From assembly GCF_000404225.1 (NCBI RefSeq), contig NC_021353.1, positions 808,371-840,370 on the forward strand: 32,000 nucleotides of DNA, read 5' to 3'. Positions within the stretch are counted from its first letter, which is position 1; each line of letters starts with the position of its first letter. Origin of the DNA: Candidatus Methanomassiliicoccus intestinalis Issoire-Mx1 (GTDB lineage Archaea > Thermoplasmatota > Thermoplasmata > Methanomassiliicoccales > Methanomassiliicoccaceae). The notes beneath the pieces were generated by a model. It made no database searches and was not told the DNA's origin. It was given only the letters and a program-made list of their open reading frames with translations. A program made the translations under genes and the position numbers. This document shows, in pieces, positions 9,901-18,315 of the stretch.

Positions 9901-9936
9901 TTTTTAAATACGCCTAACTGGATAGAAGATTAGGCG
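9901..9936 (+). promoter_or_regulatory. TATA box plus perfect 7-bp dyad (candidate operator)
   Basis: TTTTTAAATA (9901-9910) followed by CGCCTAA-N12-TTAGGCG (9911-9917/9930-9936), 6 nt before the ATG at 9943. Confidence 0.45.
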
Positions 9937-9942
9937 ACTTAT

Positions 9943-10542
9943 ATGGATATGATTGTCATAGCTGGGTTTCTGGGATCCGGAAAAACAACGCTTGTACTCT
10001 CATCGGTTAAAGATATCTATGAGCGGTATGGTAAAAAAGTTGCAGTTGTCGTTAATGATTTTGGTACAATAGGCATTGATGGAAAAGTGATGGAAAAATA
10101 TGGTCTTCAGGTTAAAGAACTTGCAGCTGGATGCGTATGCTGCACTCTGGGTCCAAGTCTCCTTATAACTGTAAAGGAAATCTATGAAAATATCCATCCA
10201 GATGTAATAATAGTAGAACCTACCGGCATAGCAAATCCCGAAGCTGTAGTAGGAATTTTATATCAAGCAGAGGAAGAATGGGTGCCTGAGAAGATAAGTT
10301 CAGTCGTTGTTGTGGATGCTCACAGATTTCCCATGATTATGAAAGCATTTGAAAGACCCCTAAAAAATCAACTCAATACTTCTGATTTTGTGGTTATCAA
10401 TAAGATAGATACTGTGGATGACAATGAACTATCTGAGATAAAAACTAAAATCGAAGAACTTGCTCCAGGCAAGCCAATTGTATGTGCATCCGCATCTCAG
10501 AATAAAAACATTTCAGAAATGATAGACAGGCTGGTGAATTGA
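9943..10542 (+). CDS. G3E-family (CobW/HypB/UreG-like) GTPase domain without a C-terminal CobW domain
   Basis: GFLGSGKTTL, VNDFGTIGIDG, GCVCCTLG, VEPTGIANP, INKIDTVDD. Confidence 0.9.
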   Translation: MDMIVIAGFLGSGKTTLVLSSVKDIYERYGKKVAVVVNDFGTIGIDGKVMEKYGLQVKELAAGCVCCTLGPSLLITVKEIYENIHPDVIIVEPTGIANPEAVVGILYQAEEEWVPEKISSVVVVDAHRFPMIMKAFERPLKNQLNTSDFVVINKIDTVDDNELSEIKTKIEELAPGKPIVCASASQNKNISEMIDRLVN

Positions 10543-10958
10543 TGCTTACTGATGATTTCACAGCTTATGCTGCTAAAGTAAACATTAGTCTGAAAGAACC
10601 AGTATCTGCAGATTCGATTCAGAGAAAATTAACTACGTTTCTGTCACTCATAGCATCAGAATGTTCTGACAATGGAGCCTATCTGATTGGGCACATAAAA
10701 TGCGTTGTAGAATCTGAAAAGGGATTTTATGCATCCAGCATAACCGCGCCTACCGATACTCCATCGGTAAGAGGAGAGATGGGAGATGGTTCCGAATCTT
10801 TAGAAGTCATAATCAATGTGCTTCTATATGGATTAGACAAACTAACTGTAAAGCAAATAACTAAGGCTGCTGTACCAGTATCTCTTTCGTTCGTTGACGC
10901 TGAGATAAAAATATGGGATCTAGAAAGTGAAGAAAATCAGCCGATTCATTTCGGCTGA
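10539..10958 (+). CDS. Conserved-looking hypothetical partner of the G3E GTPase
   Basis: 4-nt overlap with the GTPase stop; 139 aa, no recognised domain. Confidence 0.65.
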   Translation: MMLTDDFTAYAAKVNISLKEPVSADSIQRKLTTFLSLIASECSDNGAYLIGHIKCVVESEKGFYASSITAPTDTPSVRGEMGDGSESLEVIINVLLYGLDKLTVKQITKAAVPVSLSFVDAEIKIWDLESEENQPIHFG

Positions 10959-10959
10959 T
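10936..10959. terminator. Bidirectional hairpin containing both convergent stop codons
   Basis: ATCAGCCGA-TTCATT-TCGGCTGAT, perfect 9-bp stem; encloses the TGA at 10956-10958 (+) and the TGA at 10948-10946 (-). Confidence 0.6.
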
Positions 10960-13423
10960 CCTCTTTAGACTTTGTACTTGCTTTTACTGCTGGTTTCTTC
11001 GTAGTGGTTTTCTTCGCAGCTGTTTTTGAAGTAGTCTTTTTGCTGGCGGTCTTTGAAGTTACAGTTTTCTTTGTAGTTTTTGTTTTAGCAGCTGCTGTTG
11101 TCTTAACCGAAGTTTTCTTATCGGTCTTAGTGACACTTTTCTTAGCTGAAGACTTAGATCTCTTAGCTTTCTCTTTCTTTTCCGGGCATTCCATATTTGC
11201 ACAGAACTTCCATGATCTGCCACCAGTTTTCATTAGTATCATTGGAGAGCCACAGGATTCACACTGTTCTTCTGTTCCCAAGAGCTGCCCCATTTGGGGA
11301 AGTGGATATGTCTGAGTACAGTCTGGATAGCTTGTGCAACCCAGAAATCTTTTTCCAGCTCTGGAATATATAATCCTCATATCATTGCCGCAATTGGGGC
11401 ATCTAGCTATGAAATTCTTCGCTCTGTTTGTTGCGCACTCTGGATCGATGCAGCTGATCGAGACGGGCTGCCCTCTGCGGATAACCTTTACTCTGGGGGC
11501 GCCGCATTCGCATTCTTCATTCAGAGGCTGCACCAAGGCATTAGGTGGCATTGGATAGGTCTGGTTGCAGTCTGGATAATTAGAACATCCAATGAACGTT
11601 TTTCCTAGTTTTGTACGTATTGTCTTAAGATCCCCATTGCACGACGGGCATTTTCCAATGTAATGCTGGGCTTCAAGGGCTTTTCTTATTTCAGTACCTA
11701 TCTGGTCTCTGTTTCTTTCTAATGTCTCTAAGGCATTGGAGAGCATCTCTTGAGATTCCTCAACAACACCGTCTAACGTTTTACTGCCATGAGCAATTTC
11801 ATCCATATCCTCTTCAAGTTTGGCAGTCATTTTTGGATCTGTAACTATGTGTGCATGTTTATTTAGTGCTTCTACAACAGCTATCCCGCTTGCTGTAGGT
11901 ATCAAATCATTGCCTTCAGCATATTTTCTGTCATATAACTTTTGAATAATATCATGCCTTGTGGACTTTGTTCCCAGCCCTAACCGTTCCATCTCTTGGA
12001 TTAAACTTCCCTGGGAATACCGTCTAGGCGGTTGAGTCATTTTTTTCTCAAGTTCCACTGACAGTACATCGATATCTGCTCCGATCATAAGTTCTGGGAG
12101 ATCATATTCAGTAGTTTTCAGATACGGGTAATATTTTTTCCACCCCTGAAAGATTAATTTGTATCCCTTGGATGTGAATTTTTCATTTTTAATTCCAATA
12201 ACTGCTGATGACACTTCAGCCTTAGCAGGAGGAGCTACAGTTGCAAAGAATCTTCTGGTTATTAACTCATATAATGTCCATTTGTCACCTTTAAGTTGTT
12301 TCTTAGTAGCTGCTTCAGTGGGATATATTGGAGGGTGATCGGTTGTCTGTACCTTTCCTTTAGATGGCCTGATCTTCTCTTGTTTTAGCAACTCCTCGGC
12401 TTCAGCTTTGAACTCAGATTCCTTGAGTTTTTCTAAAATCCTTCTTAGGCCAAGGGATTGAGGATAAACCGTATTGTCTGTTCTTGGGTATGAGATATAT
12501 CCTGCAGTGTATAGGTCTTCAGCAATCTTCATAGCCCTTGATGCCGGGAAACCAAGTTTGTTAGCCTCCATAAGCATCATAGTAGTATTGAATGGTGGAA
12601 GAGGATACTCGTCTTTTTCGTTCTTTTCATACTTCAGAACTTTCCCGAGTTCTATTCCCTGACATGCATCAAGTGCTTTTTGCGCATCTACATCACTGTG
12701 AAATGGATTATTGACATGCTCTCCTTTGAACTCTATTCCATCTTCAAACCTTGCATTTATATTCCAATATGGTTGAGGTACGAATTCTTCAATTTCTTTA
12801 TGTCTGGCTACTATCAGTGCCAGGGTTGGGCTCTGCACCCTTCCTACTGATAAAAAGTTGCTTCCTCCTTGTCCAGAGGACATCGAAATGAATCTTGTTA
12901 GCACCGCACCCCATGCTAAATCTATTTTTTGCCTGCATTCTGCAGAGTCTGCAAGTTTTATGTCAGGGTCTGTAAGATCATTGAATGCTGTATCGATTTC
13001 AAGTTTAGTGAACGCGCTGAACCTTGCTCTTTTTATTTCTTTGCCTTCAGTGTCTAGAAGCCTAACGGCTTCCATTCCAATGAGTTCTCCTTCTCGGTCA
13101 TAGTCAGTAGCGATAACTATCTCGTCTGCATCAATCGAGAGATCTTTTAGGGCATTTACTATACTGTGAGCGCTGACGTTCTTTATAGGTTCAGCATATA
13201 TAAGATCTGAAAGTTCAACTTCAGACCAATTATTGAGACTTTCTGGATAGTCCAGCTCAATTATGTGTCCTCTTAATCCGATAATGAAAGTCGTACCCGA
13301 CTCCCCTTCGAATTGAAAAACTGAGACTTTGTTCACAGACGTCCTTTTTGACGTTCCTTGTGAAAGAATGACCGCAATTCTTGCGGCTGCGTCACTTTTT
13401 TCTGATATAATGAGCCGGCTCAT
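10946..13423 (-). CDS. topA: DNA topoisomerase I (type IA) with zinc-finger repeats and an H1-like Lys/Thr/Ala-rich tail
   Basis: ATDYDREGELIGMEAV, SVGRVQSPTLALIV, GYISYPRTDNTVYP, GLGTKSTRHDIIQKLYDR, four C-x2-C type zinc motifs, long KTTxKK tail. Confidence 0.97.
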   Translation of the reverse strand: MSRLIISEKSDAAARIAVILSQGTSKRTSVNKVSVFQFEGESGTTFIIGLRGHIIELDYPESLNNWSEVELSDLIYAEPIKNVSAHSIVNALKDLSIDADEIVIATDYDREGELIGMEAVRLLDTEGKEIKRARFSAFTKLEIDTAFNDLTDPDIKLADSAECRQKIDLAWGAVLTRFISMSSGQGGSNFLSVGRVQSPTLALIVARHKEIEEFVPQPYWNINARFEDGIEFKGEHVNNPFHSDVDAQKALDACQGIELGKVLKYEKNEKDEYPLPPFNTTMMLMEANKLGFPASRAMKIAEDLYTAGYISYPRTDNTVYPQSLGLRRILEKLKESEFKAEAEELLKQEKIRPSKGKVQTTDHPPIYPTEAATKKQLKGDKWTLYELITRRFFATVAPPAKAEVSSAVIGIKNEKFTSKGYKLIFQGWKKYYPYLKTTEYDLPELMIGADIDVLSVELEKKMTQPPRRYSQGSLIQEMERLGLGTKSTRHDIIQKLYDRKYAEGNDLIPTASGIAVVEALNKHAHIVTDPKMTAKLEEDMDEIAHGSKTLDGVVEESQEMLSNALETLERNRDQIGTEIRKALEAQHYIGKCPSCNGDLKTIRTKLGKTFIGCSNYPDCNQTYPMPPNALVQPLNEECECGAPRVKVIRRGQPVSISCIDPECATNRAKNFIARCPNCGNDMRIIYSRAGKRFLGCTSYPDCTQTYPLPQMGQLLGTEEQCESCGSPMILMKTGGRSWKFCANMECPEKKEKAKRSKSSAKKSVTKTDKKTSVKTTAAAKTKTTKKTVTSKTASKKTTSKTAAKKTTTKKPAVKASTKSKEDQPK

Positions 13424-13471
13424 GCAATGTGTTCAAAGAGAAAAGGGTATAAAAAAAGTGTTATGATTTTC

Positions 13472-13981
13472 CTAATGGGAATGAACGTGAGCGTGCTTAT
13501 GATCATCCTCTTCGCTATGGCTCATAGAACCTGATGTCATAGTAAGTTTGCTGAAAACCACACCTTTTATTGCACCAATTTCATCTGCCAAATGTGTGAC
13601 TTCTTTAACTTTTCCCCATACAATCAGCACTTCTAAACACTGATCCATATTTAGGTGTACATGGATTGTTGAAGATATGCTGAGGTGCTTAGAGTGTTGG
13701 ATTTCCATCAATCGTTCTTGGGTGTAACTCACAGTATGGTCATACACCATTGTAATTGTACCCACTACCTCTGATTCGCTATCCCTCCAGCGATCTTCTA
13801 CAAGAGCATCTCTTATAAGATCGCGTATAGCTTCAGATCTTGCTGTGTATCCCTTATTGTTTACAAGCGTGTCGAACTCTTCTAAAAGATCGGGTTCGAG
13901 CGACATGCTTATTCTTACGACCTTATCCATCATGCACATATCGGGCTTCAAAGATATAATAATTGGCTCATCTTCCATCAA
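13472..13981 (-). CDS. nikR: NikR-like ribbon-helix-helix metalloregulator with His-rich C-terminus
   Basis: RISMSLEPDLLEEFDTLVNNKGYTARSEAIRDLIRD and ACT-like domain (VHLNMDQCLEVLIVWG); ends KHAHVHSH; true start probably Met at 13930-13933; stop codon is TAG. Confidence 0.85.
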   Translation of the reverse strand: MMEDEPIIISLKPDMCMMDKVVRISMSLEPDLLEEFDTLVNNKGYTARSEAIRDLIRDALVEDRWRDSESEVVGTITMVYDHTVSYTQERLMEIQHSKHLSISSTIHVHLNMDQCLEVLIVWGKVKEVTHLADEIGAIKGVVFSKLTMTSGSMSHSEEDDHKHAHVHSH

Positions 13982-14221
13982 TCTGGACTATGATATACAC
14001 ATCTTTTGATGTTTCATATTACAATTGCCAATAAAACTGTAATGTTATCTATTTCTGAATGAATCGTTCTCTTTAATCACTTGCAATATCTTAAAAAGAT
14101 TTGATCTTCAGTCTAATCTGATGTAATATTTTTCTAAACTTCGCAATTGATAATTCCACATCTTTCAAGAATAAGTCAAAACTCATCAGTTTTTACATAT
14201 TAAAACTTTGCAAACCAATCC

Positions 14222-14229
14222 TTATATAC
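14222..14229 (+). promoter_or_regulatory. TATA box for the FUSC gene
   Basis: TTATATAC; spacing points to transcription start near 14248-14252, so ATG 14255 is the better start. Confidence 0.5.
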
Positions 14230-14233
14230 ACAC

Positions 14234-16186
14234 TTGGTCGTGATGAACTGGACTATGGATCTCAAGACATTTATCAAGAAGAATCTATTGTTTGTAGCGA
14301 TCATCATATTTGTAACTTTATTCATGTATGTTTTTGGATCTGAAAATGTACTGATCGGTGTAATGATGATCACCGCAGCTTTGATGATGCTTTCCAAAAA
14401 TCTAACTGGAAAGCCTTTTAAAAGCCTTGCTGGACTGATCGGGATAAATGTCACTCTGGGAGTAGGGTCGTTTTTAGCATATCTCAACCCCTGGCTTGGT
14501 CTTGTAACGAATTTTACAGTTGTTTTCATTGTAACTTTTGTTTTGATGCACGACATAAAGTCACCGGTACAATTTCCATTCTTACTGGGGTACGCTTTTA
14601 TCCTGGCATTTCCGGTGCCTGTCGAGGAATTTCCGCTTCGTCTTTTATCCCTGATAGTTGGATCAATTTTTATTGTAGTGCTCAACGTAGTTGTCAATCG
14701 CAACAGGCTTGCAATGAGTTGCCATGCGGGCATCTCAGGTCTGTTCTCTGAGATAAAATCACTCTTAGAAAAATTCCTCAACGGCGAAGAAGTTAATTCA
14801 AACACTCTTATCGAAAAAGCTAAACTTGTAAACTCTGCTGTTTATGACCGTCTGGAAGAAAAATATTATACATCCCCAGGGAGCAGATCGGCAATTAATC
14901 TTGCAATCTCTGCAGAAGAACTTGGAAAAGCTGTCATAGATGGAGATGATGAAGAACAAGATCTTAGAGACCTACTTCCTGTATTAGATGACCTCATCAG
15001 TTATCAAGAATTGAAAATTCCGCTTGAGCAGGTCCATAACAGCATAATGCAGTATTTAGATAATCACAGGTCTGCGGACTACGAAGTCCTATCAAGCCTG
15101 AGGATTATCGATTATGAGCTGGATATTCTTGTCAAGTCTGATAAAGAATCATTGATTAAATATACTGATTCTGAACAAATTCCTAAAAGCTTCAGAATGA
15201 AGACATTATTTAAGGAGAATTTTAGAAGAGATTCTCTAAAGTTCAGTTTTGCTTTCCGTGTAGCGTTACTGCTGGCACTATGGGAGTTTATAGGTGACTA
15301 CTATAACCTTGAAAATGCTAAATGGCTGGCATTTACTACAGTAGCTGTAGTACAGCCATATCTTGAAGCGACAGCTAGTAAATCACTAATGAGAGTAAAG
15401 GGAACGTTGGTGGGAGTGGCAATATTTACGGTATTAGCATACTTCATCTTGATAGAGAACCCATCGCTTACACCAGCAGTACTGATGATCATATCATATC
15501 TATACAGTATCCTTGATCCAAAGAGGTACGATGTGATGATGGTCTTCATAACCCTGATGGCTTTAATGACTGCATCAATGGTATTCCCTACAGAAACGTC
15601 AATCATAGAACGTCTTGTATATATCTTGCTGGGCATCGGTGCAGCTATGGTGGGAAGCCGTATTATTTTCCCATACAGGCTTAAAGATGAAAATATTGAA
15701 CTGTCTGGAAGATACATTTCAATCAGCAAAAGCCAGATTAGAGAATTGAGAAATGTGGCATCTGGCACAGTTGATGATGTGAAGAGCGCTGCACTCACAC
15801 TCACAGCCCACACAATCGCTGAGAAAATCAAGGTCAATAATGATCAAGATAATGACGATCTTGTAGACAGGTTGATGACAAAACAGACTGAAGTAACGAA
15901 TCAATGTTCCATTCTCCGGCAGATACTGATATCTACTCCAGATGATGGAAGTGTTAAGGATACTAAAAAAATGGTCGTGAAGGTCATCGATACATTCGGC
16001 TCTAATGGAAAAGAATCAATTCCAAAAGATATCTCTCCTTTCTTAGATGGTTTGACTACGCATGGAAGTGAATATATGAAGATGGTATTGAATGTGCTCA
16101 GGCTTCAGCGTGAAAGTGAAAATATGTTCATCGAGCTAACTTCACACAATGAAGACACACCTACAATAAATGCTGTGGCAGCTTAA
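14234..16186 (+). CDS. FUSC / aromatic-acid-exporter-like membrane protein
   Basis: Two blocks of hydrophobic segments separated by a soluble region (two-module FUSC layout), LLALWEFIGDYYNLENAKWLAFTTVAVVQPYLEAT; start likely ATG 14255. Confidence 0.75.
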   Translation: MVVMNWTMDLKTFIKKNLLFVAIIIFVTLFMYVFGSENVLIGVMMITAALMMLSKNLTGKPFKSLAGLIGINVTLGVGSFLAYLNPWLGLVTNFTVVFIVTFVLMHDIKSPVQFPFLLGYAFILAFPVPVEEFPLRLLSLIVGSIFIVVLNVVVNRNRLAMSCHAGISGLFSEIKSLLEKFLNGEEVNSNTLIEKAKLVNSAVYDRLEEKYYTSPGSRSAINLAISAEELGKAVIDGDDEEQDLRDLLPVLDDLISYQELKIPLEQVHNSIMQYLDNHRSADYEVLSSLRIIDYELDILVKSDKESLIKYTDSEQIPKSFRMKTLFKENFRRDSLKFSFAFRVALLLALWEFIGDYYNLENAKWLAFTTVAVVQPYLEATASKSLMRVKGTLVGVAIFTVLAYFILIENPSLTPAVLMIISYLYSILDPKRYDVMMVFITLMALMTASMVFPTETSIIERLVYILLGIGAAMVGSRIIFPYRLKDENIELSGRYISISKSQIRELRNVASGTVDDVKSAALTLTAHTIAEKIKVNNDQDNDDLVDRLMTKQTEVTNQCSILRQILISTPDDGSVKDTKKMVVKVIDTFGSNGKESIPKDISPFLDGLTTHGSEYMKMVLNVLRLQRESENMFIELTSHNEDTPTINAVAA

Positions 16187-16241
16187 GCTGCGCAGCTTCT
16201 TATTTTTATATCCAAAAAATTTTATTAAGTCTTCTTTTATC

Positions 16242-17006
16242 ATGCATTATATGCTGCTTGATTCTCTTGAATCTGTGATAAAAAAAATCCCATCACCGCA
16301 AGCTGTGATGTTTTCAGGGGGTTTAGATTGTGGAGTTCTTTCTGCACTCTCTAAAAAATACTTCACGCCAAAATTATACACAGTAGGAATAGAAAACTCA
16401 CATGATCTTATCGCTGGAGAACAGGGGGCTCAGGAAATCGGACTTCCATGGACTGGAATAGTCATTACGGATGAGCTTATTCTTGAAGAATGCTGTAAAG
16501 TTCTGAAGATTGTCGATCTTTCTCCATTAGAACTCTCTTATGAACTGCCGCTTCAGATATTGGCTTCAAGAATTGATGAAGAAAATTTGATAAGCGGCCA
16601 GGGAGCAGACGAACTTTTTGGAGGTTACAACCGTTACTCAGAAATGTCAATCAGTGAAGCTGAATCATCATCTAAGAACGATTATGAGCGGCTTTTTACA
16701 AACATCATGCTCAAGGAGGATCTGATTGCTTCAGCATACTGCAAAACGTTGTGGAGACCATTCTTAAATGAGCGAGTAGCCGAGGTAGCTCTGTCCATTC
16801 CTATGTCTGATAAGATATCGGGAGGAGTAAATAAGATCCCTCTTAGAATTTTGGCTGAGGAGCTTGGGTTAAAAACTATCGCTTCAAGAAAGAAAAAGGC
16901 GGCACAATATGGTTCAGGAATCATGAAATCTTTAAAATCCTGCTCCAAAAAGAACAATCAAACATTGGATGAGTATATCTCTTCGTTAAAAAAAGAGAAT
17001 ATTTGA
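16242..17006 (+). CDS. Stand-alone asparagine-synthase-like (PP-loop) protein without glutaminase domain
   Basis: VMFSGGLDCGVLSAL PP-loop, ISGQGADELFGGYNRY, WRPFLNERVAEVALSIP; Met at 16242 preferred over the 16170 start. Confidence 0.88.
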   Translation: MHYMLLDSLESVIKKIPSPQAVMFSGGLDCGVLSALSKKYFTPKLYTVGIENSHDLIAGEQGAQEIGLPWTGIVITDELILEECCKVLKIVDLSPLELSYELPLQILASRIDEENLISGQGADELFGGYNRYSEMSISEAESSSKNDYERLFTNIMLKEDLIASAYCKTLWRPFLNERVAEVALSIPMSDKISGGVNKIPLRILAEELGLKTIASRKKKAAQYGSGIMKSLKSCSKKNNQTLDEYISSLKKENI

Positions 17007-17043
17007 TCGCAACATAATTATGCAAAATACGAAATAGGCTTTT

Positions 17044-18315
17044 GTGGACCGCAGAGAAGTTCTCGAATGGCTTTTTGCACAGGAAGCCTCAGGCATAAAG
17101 TTTGGGTTAGAAAACACTAAAGAACTTTTGAAACGCATGGGTAACCCTCATGAAAAGTTTAAATCGGTTCATATTGCCGGAACCAATGGCAAAGGCTCAG
17201 TAAGTGCAATGACTGAATCTGTTTTACGTGAATCTGGATATATTACAGGGCTTTATACGTCTCCTCATCTGGTAGATTTCAGCGAAAGAATACGCGTGTG
17301 TGGGAAAAAAATTTCAGACAGTGAGTTTCTTGAGTTGGCTAAAGATGTCAAATATCATGCTGATAAAATGTTGAGTGAATCTAAAAAATTGACATTTTTT
17401 GAACTTACTACTGCAATTGCCTTTGCGCACTTTGCTAGATGTGGGGTAGAGATTGCAGTAATTGAAGTTGGGATGGGTGGTAGATTGGACTCTACAAACG
17501 TCATCTCGCCAGAAGTTTGTGCAATTACACCTATTAGTATGGAACATGCAGAGTTTCTAGGAGACACACTTGCTAAAATTGCTGCAGAGAAGGCAGGAAT
17601 AATCAAACCAGGAATTCCCGTAGTATGTTCTAAACAGCCTGATGATGTTATAAAAGTCATAAGATCTAAAACGGACATGCTCATAGTGGCAGGAGAGAAC
17701 TCAAAATTCGAGATAATATCTTCTGACTCTAATGGGACTGAGATATTTTCTGACGCCGTGGGGATGAACCTTTCAGTACCACTTATTGGGTCTTATCAGG
17801 GGGATAATTGTGCTTTAGCAGTTATCATGCTAAGAGAACTGATGAATCGCGGATTTTACATCCCAGATGAAGCTTTTCTCCGAGGTCTCCAGAACACCAA
17901 ATGGCCAGGCAGATTGGAGACTGTTTCTTTTAATCCCAGGATCATAATTGATTGCACTCATACTCCTGCTGGAGCTGAAGTCGTAGCATCTGAAGTGAAA
18001 AGAATATTTGGTAACGTTATTTTGATCTTTGGAATTCTTAAGGATAAGGATGTAAAGGCCGTAGCAGAGAAGTTTGGGGCAATTTCTGAGAAGGCTTTCA
18101 TAGTCACGCCTGATTCGAAAAGAGCCCTCTCTGCAGAACAGGCTTCTAAATATTTTGAACCATATACAAAAGTACAGATCTGCCCTTCTTTGAAATGCGC
18201 CATATCAGCTGCAAAAGAAAATGCAGGCTCTAACGGAACTATATTGATAACTGGATCATTGTATATGGCAGGTGAAGCTATGGAGGTGCTCAATGTCTCA
18301 GAAAGTATCTTGTGA
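17044..18315 (+). CDS. folC: Folylpolyglutamate synthase / Mur-ligase family (GTG start)
   Basis: HIAGTNGKGSVSAMTESVLRESGYITGLYTSPHLVDFSERI, IEVGMGGRLDSTN, GSYQGDNCALAV, DCTHTPAG. Confidence 0.93.
   Translation: MDRREVLEWLFAQEASGIKFGLENTKELLKRMGNPHEKFKSVHIAGTNGKGSVSAMTESVLRESGYITGLYTSPHLVDFSERIRVCGKKISDSEFLELAKDVKYHADKMLSESKKLTFFELTTAIAFAHFARCGVEIAVIEVGMGGRLDSTNVISPEVCAITPISMEHAEFLGDTLAKIAAEKAGIIKPGIPVVCSKQPDDVIKVIRSKTDMLIVAGENSKFEIISSDSNGTEIFSDAVGMNLSVPLIGSYQGDNCALAVIMLRELMNRGFYIPDEAFLRGLQNTKWPGRLETVSFNPRIIIDCTHTPAGAEVVASEVKRIFGNVILIFGILKDKDVKAVAEKFGAISEKAFIVTPDSKRALSAEQASKYFEPYTKVQICPSLKCAISAAKENAGSNGTILITGSLYMAGEAMEVLNVSESIL

Noticed and set aside
11004-11608. Long + strand ORFs opposite topA, including a Val/Phe-rich one
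   Set aside because: Antisense of the TopA Lys/Thr-rich tail and zinc fingers; composition is explained by the real gene.
14200-14805. 201-aa minus-strand ORF over the FUSC gene
   Set aside because: Shadow ORF; no recognisable domain, and the opposite frame is a clear membrane protein.
15301-15837. 178-aa minus-strand ORF inside the FUSC gene
   Set aside because: Low-information antisense frame over a supported CDS.
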